The notes: a model not told the origin generated them from the sequence alone. Counted from the stretch's first letter, positions 21,260 to 31,222 are shown. The stretch is DNA of 64,000 nucleotides from an uncultured Chloroflexia bacterium (GCA_963818305.1 CAWFRQ010000003.1:162371-226370); one strand, 5' to 3'. Made by a program: numbers and translations.

Positions 21260-22072
21260 TGGATGATCGTACCTTTCCCGGCCAAAGCATCTGTGACCGG
21301 ATGCTCAGTTCTGCCATCGGCGATGATCACGCGCTGGACTCCGCCATTCAGGGCTTCTTCCGCACCCAGCACTTTTTTCTTCATCCGTCCCTGGGCGGCT
21401 TCGAGGGCAGATGGAATTTTTGACCGGCTCAATTCATGAATCAGAGAATCGGGGTCTGGAAATTTAGCCATCAGACCGGGTACGGCGGTGAGTAAGGATC
21501 AGGGTTTGAGCGTGTAGAGCAGCTGCGACCATCGCCGCTGCTCGATCCGCGTCCACATTCAATGCTTCCCCTTTTTCGCTGCAGGCGATGGGGGCGATCA
21601 CCGGGATGTAACCGGCTGCAATCAAGGTGTGAATCAGATTAGCATTCACCGCATCGATCTTGCCGGTGTAATCATCTCGAATAATCTTGCGTTTGCCGTT
21701 TTCTACACTTTGAATCGATTCTTTGCGGGTAGCCTGCAGCAGGCGACCATCCAGACCGCACAGACCGAAGGCGTTCACACCTAATTGCTGCAATTGCTCC
21801 ACTAAGAAGGTATTTACCTTGCCATTGACAGCTTGGATGAAGATTGCCAGGGTAGCCCGGTCGGTGTAACGGGAAGTATAGCCGGAAGGGGAGGTGATAA
21901 AGCGCGGCGGCTGTCCCAGACTTTCTCCTAGTAGATTGGCTTCGGCTGAACCGCCATGTACCAGAACGATCTTCTGTCCTTTACCAACCAGGCTGGCTAC
22001 ATCGGCGCAGATATTGGAGAAATCCACGCCTTCTGTGCCGCCCAGTTTGATTACCAGAATGTCATCTGTCAT
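21256..22072 (-). CDS. lysZ: [LysW]-aminoadipate/glutamate kinase (amino-acid kinase family); one frameshift near ~21470
   Basis: ILVIKLGG, VLVHGGS and NVDADRAA in ORF 21464..22084. The C-terminus (GRMKKKVLGAEEAL..VIIADG) is in ORF 21256..21471. Confidence 0.85.
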
Positions 22073-22087
22073 AGTATCTCCCAAATC

Positions 22088-23122
22088 CTATACCGGATGC
22101 AGGCCGGGGAATTTCAAACCTGTCGTCTCATCGAAGCCGAACATCAGGTTCATGCACTGCACGGCTGACCCAGATGCGCCTTTCATGAGGTTGTCGATTG
22201 CGCATAGACTAACAATATGGCCATTCGATTCGTCCAGTTCAAATCCCAGATCGGCATAATTCGATCCCGCTAATATCTTTGGTTCGGGGACACGGTAGAT
22301 TCCGCGTTGTTCTTTGACGATCCTAATAAAGGGATTCTCAGTTGCGATTGTGCGGTACGCTTTCCATAAATCGCGGGTAGTGATTCCATCTTTTACCCGG
22401 GCGTGGACGGTGGCCAGCGCGCCGCGCACCAGATCCACGGAAGTCATGGTGAGGGATACATTGTTGACACCCATTTCCTGAATTACCTCGGCTGTGTGAC
22501 GGTGTCCAAATGGAGAGAAGGTACGCACAACCGAAGATCGTTCTGGATGGTGTGAGCCCGGGTTACCCTCTGCTCCTCCCTCACTCGAACCGACTTTGAT
22601 CTCTACCAGAATCTGTTGATCTAATTCAATACATCCGGCTTTGACCAACGGGTACAATGCCAGGTTAGCGGCAGTGGCATTGCAGCCAACACCACTCACA
22701 TAGCTGGCGATCTTGATCTCTTCCCGGTGCAATTCCGGCAGACCATAGATGAATTTACTCGTCCAATCGGGTGCCTGGTGTGGATGGCCATACCATTGTA
22801 GGTACATCTGTGGGTCTTTGAGGCGAAAATCGGCTGATAGATCAATAATTTTATTAGCCTTCGCCGCCAGCGTCACGATTTTATTCTGGGCTTGACCGTG
22901 GGGTAATGCTAGAAAGAGCACATCCACCGCTTCGACCTGTTCAGGGTCAATGAACTTGAGATTGCTGACCTTTCTCAGATTGGGGTGTACCTGGTACACG
23001 TATTCGCCCAGGTGAGACCTGGAGGTAGCAGCAATCACCTCCACCTCTGGATGGAAGCATAACAGGCGTAATAGTTCGCCTCCGGTATAACCTGATCCCC
23101 CGATGATGGATGCTCGTATCAT
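22088..23122 (-). CDS. lysY: [LysW]-aminoadipyl/glutamyl-phosphate reductase (ArgC/LysY family)
   Basis: [16 protein letters not shown] and the active-site region [10 protein letters not shown]. The start overlaps the lysX stop (ATGA). Confidence 0.9.
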   Translation of the reverse strand: MIRASIIGGSGYTGGELLRLLCFHPEVEVIAATSRSHLGEYVYQVHPNLRKVSNLKFIDPEQVEAVDVLFLALPHGQAQNKIVTLAAKANKIIDLSADFRLKDPQMYLQWYGHPHQAPDWTSKFIYGLPELHREEIKIASYVSGVGCNATAANLALYPLVKAGCIELDQQILVEIKVGSSEGGAEGNPGSHHPERSSVVRTFSPFGHRHTAEVIQEMGVNNVSLTMTSVDLVRGALATVHARVKDGITTRDLWKAYRTIATENPFIRIVKEQRGIYRVPEPKILAGSNYADLGFELDESNGHIVSLCAIDNLMKGASGSAVQCMNLMFGFDETTGLKFPGLHPV

Positions 23123-23988
23123 TTCTCCTCCGATGCTGCTACGGCCATAACATATTGCACAATTTCATCTGCCACATCCACCCCGCTGATGGGTTGGAGG
23201 GTGTGGAACTCCATGGTGTGGTTGATCTCATTTACCAGCAGACCTTTCTGGGGGTGTTCCACCAGATCCACCGCCAGAACTCCTCCACCGACAGCTTGTG
23301 CTGCCCGTAAGCAAAGAGACTCGATTTCAGGTGTGATTGGGCAAATCTCACCTTCGCCTCCCTTGGCTGTGTTGGTGATCCAGTGCGGGCTTTTCCTGTA
23401 GATGGCGGTGAGTACCCGGTCACCAACCACCACGGCGCGGATATCACGACCAGGTTTTTCGATGAATTCCTGAATGTAAAACACACTGTGTTGCACCGAT
23501 CCGAGGGTGGCTTTGTGCTCCAACACAGCTTCGGCGGAATCTCGGTCATTGATCTTGGCCAACAAACGTCCCCACGATCCAACTACCGGTTTCAGCACCA
23601 CGGGATAGCCAAATAATTCAATCGCTTCGAGCGCCGATTCGATAGAAAATGCAGCCATGTTGCGCGGCTGTGGAATACCATCCCTGGCCAGTAGTGCACT
23701 GGTAGTCAGTTTATCTCCACACACTTCGGCTACTGCAGCAGTGTTCACCGTTTTCACGCCGAAGGCGTTCAATAACCGTAAGGCATAGAGTCCGCTGTTA
23801 TAACTGATCGATCTTTCTAACACGGCATCATACACCTTCCAGGGCGAAGGATCATCCAGGTCAAAGTGGATCGCTCGGTCATCCAGGCGGTCATAATCGA
23901 CCCCGCGTTTTTCCATCGCGCCGAAGATCCATTTCTCTTCCACGCGGACGCGCGAATAAAGTACGCCGATCCGCAGTCTGCGTTTCAT
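23119..23988 (-). CDS. lysX: RimK-type ATP-grasp ligase (LysX/ArgX: attaches the amino acid to the LysW C-terminus)
   Basis: [21 protein letters not shown]... and the ATP-grasp core ([29 protein letters not shown]). The internal Met at 23988 is chosen; the ORF extends spuriously to 24141. Confidence 0.85.
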   Translation of the reverse strand: MKRRLRIGVLYSRVRVEEKWIFGAMEKRGVDYDRLDDRAIHFDLDDPSPWKVYDAVLERSISYNSGLYALRLLNAFGVKTVNTAAVAEVCGDKLTTSALLARDGIPQPRNMAAFSIESALEAIELFGYPVVLKPVVGSWGRLLAKINDRDSAEAVLEHKATLGSVQHSVFYIQEFIEKPGRDIRAVVVGDRVLTAIYRKSPHWITNTAKGGEGEICPITPEIESLCLRAAQAVGGGVLAVDLVEHPQKGLLVNEINHTMEFHTLQPISGVDVADEIVQYVMAVAASEEK

Positions 23989-23993
23989 AACGG

Positions 23994-24164
23994 TTACTCG
24001 CCCCAGTCTTCTTGTTCCATGGGGGCAGGTTCTACGACCGCCGGTTCCAGAGAGACCACTTCCAAATCGATCCCACAATCCGGGCAAACAATGATTTCGC
24101 CCATTTCTGTATTGGCAGCTAATTCGATATCGGCGGCACATTCAGTACAAGCTACAGTAGACAT
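23994..24164 (-). CDS. lysW: Amino-group carrier protein LysW
   Basis: 56 aa, with zinc ribbon CTEC...CPDCG and the acidic C-terminus ...EQEDWGE typical of LysW/ArgW carriers. Confidence 0.85.
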   Translation of the reverse strand: MSTVACTECAADIELAANTEMGEIIVCPDCGIDLEVVSLEPAVVEPAPMEQEDWGE

Positions 24165-24208
24165 ATTTTCTCCTTTTGAAGTATGAATCAAATTTAGATT
24201 GGCTACGA

Positions 24209-25477
24209 TTAATCGCGTTTGAAGCGAGAATAATCAGGTTTGGGAATATCCAGGCCTGAAACAGGCAAACCATTTAGAGCTCTCACTTTGAGCGAAAGCC
24301 CTAACAAACGGATGAATCCTTTGGCATCGCTCTGGTCGTACACATCTTCCTGGCCAAAGGTGGCAAAATCTTCGCGGTAAAGGCTGAATGGACTGGTTCT
24401 TCCAGCAGAGATGATGTTTCCTTTGTAGAGTTTAAGGCGAACTACACCGGTGACCGGTCCCTGAGTGGCATTCACGAACGCATCCATGGCTTCGCGCAGG
24501 GGAGTGAACCACATGCCATCGTAAACCACTTCGGCATACTTGAGTGCCATCGTGTCTTTAAAGTTCATGGTTGCCCGGTCAATAACCAATGATTCGAGCT
24601 CTTTATGGGCGAACAATAGGATGGTTCCGCCGGGAGTCTCGTACACGCCATGGGATTTCATCCCTACCAGCCGGTTCTCTACCAGGTCTACCCGACCGAT
24701 GCCGTGCGCCCCACCCAACGCATTTAATGTGGTGACAACCTGCGCCGGAGTCATCCTTTCTCCATTGATGGCTACCGGATTTCCGGTTTCAAAGGTGATC
24801 TCAACATACCCGGGTTCGTCTGGTGCGTTTTCAGGGGAGGCGCTGATCTGGTACATTTCTTCTTCAGGTTCATTCCAGGGATCTTCCAGCAATCCGCCTT
24901 CATGTGAGAGGTGCCACAGGTTGGCATCCCGACTATAGATCGACTTCTTTGTGGCTGTAACAGGTACATGGTGCACTGCGGCATAAGCGATAGCATCTTC
25001 TCTCGAGCGGATGTTCCATTCCCTCCAGGGGGCAATAATTTTCAAACGTGGATCTAAAGCCATCACGGTCAGTTCAAAGCGCACCTGGTCGTTCCCCTTG
25101 CCGGTGGCTCCATGGGCGATGGCATCTGCACCCACCTGGTGTGCAACTTCCACCAGATGTTTGGCGATCAGCGGCCGGGCGATGGAAGTACCCAACAAGT
25201 ACTTCCGCTCATAGACCGCACCTGATTTGAGCAAGGGAAAAAGGTAATCGGCGGCAAATTCTTCCCTCAGGTCACCAATGATTAACTGACTGGCTCCAGA
25301 TTTAAGCGCTTTGTCTTCCAGTCCGCTCAGATCTTCCCCCTGGCCTACATCAGCGCAGTAACAAACTACCTCGCATCCGTAGTTCTCAATGAGCCAGGGG
25401 ACAATAACTGAGGTATCCAGCCCGCCCGAGTATGCTAAAACTACTTTCTTGATTGATTGCTTTTCTATTGGATTCAT
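24209..25477 (-). CDS. argG: Argininosuccinate synthase
   Basis: [28 protein letters not shown] and [13 protein letters not shown]. The ATG at 25477 is preceded by AGAGGAG. Confidence 0.95.
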   Translation of the reverse strand: MNPIEKQSIKKVVLAYSGGLDTSVIVPWLIENYGCEVVCYCADVGQGEDLSGLEDKALKSGASQLIIGDLREEFAADYLFPLLKSGAVYERKYLLGTSIARPLIAKHLVEVAHQVGADAIAHGATGKGNDQVRFELTVMALDPRLKIIAPWREWNIRSREDAIAYAAVHHVPVTATKKSIYSRDANLWHLSHEGGLLEDPWNEPEEEMYQISASPENAPDEPGYVEITFETGNPVAINGERMTPAQVVTTLNALGGAHGIGRVDLVENRLVGMKSHGVYETPGGTILLFAHKELESLVIDRATMNFKDTMALKYAEVVYDGMWFTPLREAMDAFVNATQGPVTGVVRLKLYKGNIISAGRTSPFSLYREDFATFGQEDVYDQSDAKGFIRLLGLSLKVRALNGLPVSGLDIPKPDYSRFKRD

Positions 25478-25501
25478 ATATTTGCTCCTCTTTGATCGAA
25501 T

Positions 25502-25531
25502 AAAAAAAACCGCCACCCAGAAGGATGACGG
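25502..25531 (-). terminator. Intrinsic terminator in the argG leader (attenuator)
   Basis: Minus-strand RNA CCGUCAUCC-uucu-GGGUGGCGG followed by U8, ~25 nt upstream of the argG start codon. Confidence 0.6.
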
Positions 25532-25568
25532 TAGTGAGTACTGATTTTATGCGTAGCTGGCTCTCGGC

Positions 25569-25664
25569 TTAGCGGGAACTCCACTCAAACACAAAATCCC
25601 ATCCTTCTATGGGGAAGATGGGGCGCTTACGACGTAAGCGGAGTTCAGTGAGGTTCTTGTTCAT
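25569..25664 (-). CDS. Candidate leader ORF MNKNLTELRLRRKRPIFPIEGWDFVFEWSSR (31 aa) upstream of argG
   Basis: ATG at 25664 and TAA at 25571-25569. There are four Arg codons within codons 9-14 (RLRRKR). These codons abut a segment that takes part in alternative pairings with the terminator. The coding status is uncertain, because the Arg codons also form a palindromic hairpin. Confidence 0.4.
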   Translation of the reverse strand: MNKNLTELRLRRKRPIFPIEGWDFVFEWSSR

Positions 25665-25813
25665 AATGGTCGCAACTATACTACACGGTTTTTTATGCGT
25701 CAAGGAATTTTGGAAAAATTGTACTTCCTATTGGTATATTGTGTTGAATAATGGGACATGGTGATAGAGTGAGATTTGTCGTCATATTCCTGGTGAGGAA
25801 AAATTTACGATTG

Positions 25814-27166
25814 CTAAGGTCGATCACTCGTCAGGCGGTGAAGCCCAGCCATTCCGACATACAGGATGAGTGGAATTATCGGAATGAGATATCTCACCTG
25901 ACCATCAATTGCCATGTGCCCGGCACAATAGAGAGCAATACATCCTATATACATCCAGGGTCTGGGTTTGGAGAATAGAATTCCGGCAAGGAATAATATC
26001 AGAACGATGGATTGCTGAATTACAACCTGCGTGTCTTGCTGGGTCCATTTATCGGGTACGCCGATATTGAACCACAGCGGAATGATACGATATACAGAAA
26101 GTGCCAGAAATCGGGTCGGGTATTTTTGTATCAACTGAAGGGCAGCTTTCTGGTATATCTGGTCCATTTGACCTTCATCTTCATTTCCTTGCAGGTTTGG
26201 CAGAGATAGCAATAGTGCATCACGATATTCATTAGCTTCACGGATTTTTACATAATGAAAATAATCAGGCGATTGGATCGGTGAATTGTGCCGGAAGAGG
26301 TTATAACCAGAGAGAGAAGTTAACATTGGCTTATCAAACAATGCATAGTTTCTAATAATCCATGGTGCGACAACAATCCCACATGTTATTGCCAGCGTCA
26401 ATGCAGATTTTATTGAATTCTTAGAAATCCTATAGCCAGACTTATCGGAATTTAGCATTGTGAATCCACAAATTACAAAAGTGGGAATGAGCATAGCTGA
26501 CCGGGAAAGGATTGCAAGTCCTAACGCGATACCTGCCGGCACCAGCAGTAGAAGTTTTCTGGATAAGTCAAAACGGTAAAGAAAGATTAAGCCGATTGTG
26601 AACCAGAAAGAAGCGGAAAGATCTCCTGTATTGTTAACAAATAAGCTTTGCAATGGCTGATAGGTTATCCAAATCAAGGCGGCAAGGCAAGCGAGCAAGG
26701 CACCAAATTTGGATTTCACCAAAGAATACAATCCAACAGTAACCCCCAGGAAAAGGAGATACTCCACCAAAAAAGCAGCCACAAGCGATTTGTTCAATAC
26801 TTTTGCCACTACGTAAAATTGAAGAACCATTAATGGCTCACGCATCGCAGTGAGTTTTTGGCTATTTTTACAAAAGGGAAAATAACTGGTAGTGCAAGCT
26901 GAATATCCCTTTCCATTAATCATATGTTTTGTAATCGTCCACGGATCATCTGTTCGCTTTGCTTCGTTGACAGTGGGATTGGTTTTAATTACAACAAAAA
27001 ATACCACAGCTGATAGGATAATTAAGAGTAGCAAACACCATCGTTCATGCTTCTGAAACCATTTTTGTAATTCTAGCCAGCCCATCTGTTGCTTTTTATT
27101 GTCCAAGAGGATCACCTTGATAATTTTTTTCAGATAACAAACCAAATCATTATGTAAACTAATCAT
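25814..27166 (-). CDS. Polytopic membrane protein, GT-C-fold glycosyltransferase-like (ArnT/PMT family 39/83 style)
   Basis: About 10 or more hydrophobic segments and a first-loop acidic motif, RTDDPWTITKHMINGKGY, typical of the PMT_2/ArnT-like family. The real start is probably the internal Met at ~27085. Confidence 0.55.
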   Translation of the reverse strand: MISLHNDLVCYLKKIIKVILLDNKKQQMGWLELQKWFQKHERWCLLLLIILSAVVFFVVIKTNPTVNEAKRTDDPWTITKHMINGKGYSACTTSYFPFCKNSQKLTAMREPLMVLQFYVVAKVLNKSLVAAFLVEYLLFLGVTVGLYSLVKSKFGALLACLAALIWITYQPLQSLFVNNTGDLSASFWFTIGLIFLYRFDLSRKLLLLVPAGIALGLAILSRSAMLIPTFVICGFTMLNSDKSGYRISKNSIKSALTLAITCGIVVAPWIIRNYALFDKPMLTSLSGYNLFRHNSPIQSPDYFHYVKIREANEYRDALLLSLPNLQGNEDEGQMDQIYQKAALQLIQKYPTRFLALSVYRIIPLWFNIGVPDKWTQQDTQVVIQQSIVLILFLAGILFSKPRPWMYIGCIALYCAGHMAIDGQVRYLIPIIPLILYVGMAGLHRLTSDRP

Positions 27167-27326
27167 TCAAGACATAGATTCTGAAATTCATGACCCTAAG
27201 GCTTAGCTAGAATGTCATGAATTATTATATCAATGAGAAATTCATTCCGGCTGATTTTTGAGATAATGAGTAGTATGCGATAATATGATTTCCAGCAGAG
27301 GATAATGTGCAACTGTTGTCAATTAA

Positions 27327-28115
27327 TTGATTTGGTCATTGAGCTCCTTGAAATCTCTCTTAAATCCAGCCATAATAAGAAGAAAACACATGGAGGTTGT
27401 GATGGAACACAAAAAACAGATTCTTCGCCTGGCCAATTACACCCATTCATGTATGCTGGAACTCATTGAGCAAACAACCCCCGCCGAGAGAGAAGCAAGC
27501 GGAGAATCCGACCATTGGACTGTGAAAGACAACCTGGCGCATATCGCACATTGGAAGGGCGTGTTCAATCGACGATTGCAAAAAAGAGATCCAAACGAAA
27601 AGCATGTAACTGATATTGATAAAGAAAATGCTCGCATCTTTGAACTACACAAAAATAAATCGTGGGCAGAAGTACTCAAGATGATGGATTCCGCTGATGA
27701 AGATTTGAATCATCAAATCAAGCTATTAAGCGAAGAGGAACTTAATTCAACAACCATTATCCATGAAATCTCAACCCGAGAGTTATGGAAATCAGTCCTG
27801 TCTGATGTTTGCATCCATCCGATCGGCCATTTCTGCCAACTCTATGTCGAAGCTGGTTATCCAGCCCAGGCACTTTCGATACAAGAAAAGATATTTGAAG
27901 ATTTGCAATCGATGGATGATTCGCCAAAATGGCAGGGTACTAATGTGTACAACCTGGCTTGCATCTATTCGATTGCGGGAGAACACTTGAAGGCGATCGA
28001 ATACCTCAAACAAGCTCTCTCTCTTCGTCCAGATCTTACTGATTGGTCGTCGAAGGACCCTGATTTTGCGAATATACGTGACTTGAAAGAGTACAAACTG
28101 CTGTATCCAGCATGA
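27327..28115 (+). CDS. Hypothetical protein: DinB/ClbS-like helical N-domain plus TPR-like C-terminus
   Basis: WTVKDNLAHIAHW resembles DinB/ClbS-type bundles. The C-terminus (YNLACIYSIAGEHLKAIEYLKQALSLRPD) is TPR-like. Alternative starts at 27390 and 27402. Confidence 0.35.
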   Translation: MIWSLSSLKSLLNPAIIRRKHMEVVMEHKKQILRLANYTHSCMLELIEQTTPAEREASGESDHWTVKDNLAHIAHWKGVFNRRLQKRDPNEKHVTDIDKENARIFELHKNKSWAEVLKMMDSADEDLNHQIKLLSEEELNSTTIIHEISTRELWKSVLSDVCIHPIGHFCQLYVEAGYPAQALSIQEKIFEDLQSMDDSPKWQGTNVYNLACIYSIAGEHLKAIEYLKQALSLRPDLTDWSSKDPDFANIRDLKEYKLLYPA

Positions 28116-28131
28116 CCAAATTCACAACAAT

Positions 28132-29040
28132 ATGACCGGTACCATCATCCTGCTCATTCTGATCATCATACTCGCCGGAATTGGTTTTTACCTTGCTACG
28201 CGCCTGATATACCCGCGTACCGTGAGCCATACAGAAGCAGAAAAAATCGAAATCGAAGCCGGACGATTTCACCCGGATGACTGGCGAAAAATGCCAGTTG
28301 AAGAAGTGCGAATAAATTCCCCATACGGTTATGAACTGTATGCCAATTTTATCCCATCACCAGGGTCACACAAGACCGTGATCTTTACGCATGGGATTAC
28401 CTACAACCTGATGGGTGCAGTAAAGTACTTGCCAATTTTTTATGAGCGCGGCTTTAACTTAATGTTGTTTGATGAGCGTTTTCATGGCAAGAGTGGCGGC
28501 AAAAATTGCACGTTTGGCTACTACGAAAAGTACGACCTGAGGGCGGTGACAGATTGGGTTTTTGAACGGATGGGAGGGGCTGGTTCTGTAGGGATCCACG
28601 GTGAATCGATGGGGGCAGCTATTGCCTTGCAAGCTGCAGCGATTGATGAACGGTTGAGTTTTGTTATTTCCGATTGTGCATTCTCTGACCTGACGCGTTT
28701 ATTGCGAACCCGCTTGACATTTGATTTTCATCTGCCGCCAGCTATTTTCCTTCCCATTGCCAGTTTCTTTTGCGGGCAAGTTACCGGTATGACTTTCGAT
28801 GTTATCTCGCCGGTGCGAGATATCTCGCAAATTACTACTCCGATCCTCTTCATTCACGGGCAGGAAGATCGTTATATCCAACCGGAGATGAGCACAGAAC
28901 TATACAATCGCAAGGTGAGCGGGATTCGCAGCCTGTATCTGGTTCCTGGTGCACGCCATGCCGAATCGTTCATAAAAGATAGAGGCGCATACAACCAGGC
29001 TGTTGGGCAGTTTTTGACACGCCTTGGGTTGGATGATTAA
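28132..29040 (+). CDS. Alpha/beta hydrolase with N-terminal membrane anchor
   Basis: N-terminal TM segment, nucleophile elbow GESMG, and later LFIHGQEDRYI and GARHAES (Asp/His of the triad). Confidence 0.75.
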   Translation: MTGTIILLILIIILAGIGFYLATRLIYPRTVSHTEAEKIEIEAGRFHPDDWRKMPVEEVRINSPYGYELYANFIPSPGSHKTVIFTHGITYNLMGAVKYLPIFYERGFNLMLFDERFHGKSGGKNCTFGYYEKYDLRAVTDWVFERMGGAGSVGIHGESMGAAIALQAAAIDERLSFVISDCAFSDLTRLLRTRLTFDFHLPPAIFLPIASFFCGQVTGMTFDVISPVRDISQITTPILFIHGQEDRYIQPEMSTELYNRKVSGIRSLYLVPGARHAESFIKDRGAYNQAVGQFLTRLGLDD

Positions 29041-29043
29041 AAA

Positions 29044-29071
29044 ACGATCACCGGGGGAGATGATCGTTTTT
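29044..29071. terminator. Bidirectional terminator hairpin between convergent genes
   Basis: ACGATCA-ccgggggaga-TGATCGT, flanked by an A-run on the 5' side and a T-run on the 3' side. Confidence 0.55.
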
Positions 29072-29089
29072 ATGATTCACTACCAAAAT

Positions 29090-29329
29090 CTAGAAGATAC
29101 AGCGTACCAGTAAAAGTAAACCCAAAATGGTGAGTGGAATCCCGACAATTAAACCTACTATGGTTAGGCTGGTGATGATGCCGACGATGAGGAAGACCAA
29201 GCCCAGAATCACTCCCACAAGCCGGCCAGTCAATTCGATTACCCAAGTGATCAGCTTCCAGATTGCCCAAAATGGCCACAAGAACCAGGGGATACGATCG
29301 TGCTGAGTGTGATGGTTTTTATGTGACAT
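29090..29329 (-). CDS. Small integral membrane protein (79 aa), unknown function
   Basis: His-rich N-terminus (MSHKNHHTQHD) followed by hydrophobic segments. No family recognised. Confidence 0.45.
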   Translation of the reverse strand: MSHKNHHTQHDRIPWFLWPFWAIWKLITWVIELTGRLVGVILGLVFLIVGIITSLTIVGLIVGIPLTILGLLLLVRCIF

Positions 29330-29570
29330 ACCAATAAACTCCTTTGTTAACTTGAATACGCAAAGTGGAGCAAATAGTTGCGATGATTGGCTTGTTTACC
29401 CATCACCCGAACGGGTGATTTTTAAATCACCTATACAGGGTATCCGTCCGTTCCGAAGGTGGGTTGCCTGATCGACACAAGATCTTCATACTGTTAAATT
29501 AGGATTAGTACGCATTGAAATTTCATAATGCTGTATCCATATCAACCCAAATTATTTGGAGGATAAGAGA

Positions 29571-31145
29571 ATGTCCGAAAACGTAATTAATGAAATGTCA
29601 CGCCGAAATTTTTTAAAGACCATGGGCGTACTTGGTGGTGTAGCCGCTACTTCCGGTATGCTTGCTGGTTGCGCTCCACAGAAAGCCGCTGGAGTCACCT
29701 GGGATAAAACCGCTGATGTGGTCATTTTAGGTGGTGGTGGAGCTGGTTTGGCTGCCGCGATCAGCGCCAGTAAAGCCGGTGCCGGGAAATCTGTCGTCGT
29801 CTTAGAGAAGGGCGCTGCAGTCGGTGGATCCACCTCCATTTCTGGTGGTGTTATCCAGGCAGCTGGCACCAAATACGAAGCTGAATTCAAGAATGTAACC
29901 GATGATACCCCGGAAAAACATTACCAGTTCTACATGCAAACCAGTGAAGGATTTGTGGATCCCGAATTGGTCAAAGTGCTCACCGACAACGCTCCCGCGG
30001 CCATCGATTGGATGGTAGGGCTTGGTTTGACCTATGTCAATACCTATGCTGTATCACCCAATCCAAATGTTGATGAACAAAATCGCCTACCCCGGATTCA
30101 TGTCCCTGGTGGTGGTGGTGATACAGCCAAAGCTGGAACTGGCGCTGTACACGTTGCGGTATTAGAAAAGAATGTCAAAGATCTTGGCCTTGAAATTATG
30201 TTGAATACTACCGCCAAGAATTTGGTCATGGATGATGCTGGTAATGTGGTCGGTGTCAAAGCCAAATCCGATGGCAAAGCCATGATGATTAAAGCCAATA
30301 AGGGTGTCATCATTGCCACCTCTGGTTTTGATCGCGATGTAGATATGTGCAAAGCCTTCTCCCTGCAGCAATTATGGGAACTTGAGACAGGCGTCTGCTA
30401 TGTCGCTCCGGGGAATACCGGCGATGGAATCAAGATGGGCATGGCTGCTGGTGCAGCATTGGCCAGCCTTGGTGGCACCATCGGCGTTGAAGCTGTCGCT
30501 ATGGGCGCAGATCCGTTGGCAGAGGGTGTTACTGCGGTTCCAGGTATCTGGGTCAACCTGCAAGGGCAGCGTTTCGTCAACGAAGCCACCCACTATGCTT
30601 ACAGTGTTCGCGCGGTCTTCAACCAGGAAGCACATAAAGCCTGGGCGATCTTCGATGATAAAGTTCGCGCCATGGGCGGGGCTGTGTTAGGCAGTATTTG
30701 GGGACCCTGGACTGATGACCTGGCTGATGAGATTTCGAAGGGTAAAGTCTTCAAAGCAGATACTCTCGAAGAACTTGCCGCAGCCATCGGCGTGAATGAA
30801 TATCAACTACCTCTCACGGTAGCGCAGTGGAACGAACAGGCTGCTGCCGGTGAAGATAAACTCTTCGGCAAGAAAGTTGGTTTACAGGCTTTCGAAACCG
30901 CTCCGTTCTACGCCACCCCGGTGACTTCAGTCAATCTGGGCAGCTGCGGTGGTTTGAAAATCAATACCAAGTGCCAGGTAATGGATGTGTTCGGACAGCC
31001 GATCCCCCACCTGTATGCAGCTGGTATGGCCGCTGGTGGTTTCATTGGACCGTACTACCCGGGCAGCGGTACCGCCGTATTAGCGACCGTGGTTCATGGC
31101 CGAATCTCGGGCGAAGAAGTTGTAAAGGAAACCGCAGTAGCATAG
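29571..31145 (+). CDS. Tat-exported FAD-dependent oxidoreductase (fumarate reductase / flavocytochrome-c flavoprotein family, FAD_binding_2)
   Basis: Twin-arginine signal SRRNFLKTMGVLGG with lipobox-like LAGC, dinucleotide fold VVILGGGGAGLAAA, and C-terminal GLYAAG-type motif (HLYAAGMAAGG). GGAGGA Shine-Dalgarno before the ATG at 29571. Confidence 0.8.
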   Translation: MSENVINEMSRRNFLKTMGVLGGVAATSGMLAGCAPQKAAGVTWDKTADVVILGGGGAGLAAAISASKAGAGKSVVVLEKGAAVGGSTSISGGVIQAAGTKYEAEFKNVTDDTPEKHYQFYMQTSEGFVDPELVKVLTDNAPAAIDWMVGLGLTYVNTYAVSPNPNVDEQNRLPRIHVPGGGGDTAKAGTGAVHVAVLEKNVKDLGLEIMLNTTAKNLVMDDAGNVVGVKAKSDGKAMMIKANKGVIIATSGFDRDVDMCKAFSLQQLWELETGVCYVAPGNTGDGIKMGMAAGAALASLGGTIGVEAVAMGADPLAEGVTAVPGIWVNLQGQRFVNEATHYAYSVRAVFNQEAHKAWAIFDDKVRAMGGAVLGSIWGPWTDDLADEISKGKVFKADTLEELAAAIGVNEYQLPLTVAQWNEQAAAGEDKLFGKKVGLQAFETAPFYATPVTSVNLGSCGGLKINTKCQVMDVFGQPIPHLYAAGMAAGGFIGPYYPGSGTAVLATVVHGRISGEEVVKETAVA

Positions 31146-31165
31146 GTATTACTTACATGAAAAAA

Positions 31166-31190
31166 TGAGGTGGCTTGAGCCGCCTCGTTT
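31166..31190 (+). terminator. Intrinsic terminator after the flavoprotein gene
   Basis: GAGGTGGC-ttga-GCCGCCTC followed by GTTTT. Confidence 0.6.
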
Positions 31191-31222
31191 TATGTTCCTT
31201 TTCTTCCGAATACGCTATCTTT

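Noticed and set aside
25478-25700. T-box riboswitch upstream of argG
   Set aside because: A GGGUGG string made me consider a T-box, but it lies in the 3' strand of the terminator rather than in an upstream antiterminator bulge. I could not find a stem I specifier loop, AGAGA/GA motifs or the UGGNACC T-box core. I kept the region as a leader-peptide attenuator or unknown structured leader instead.
25751-25978. 75-aa plus-strand ORF next to the argG leader
   Set aside because: It overlaps the 3' end of the minus-strand GT-C-like gene in antisense, and has no Shine-Dalgarno and no recognisable features.
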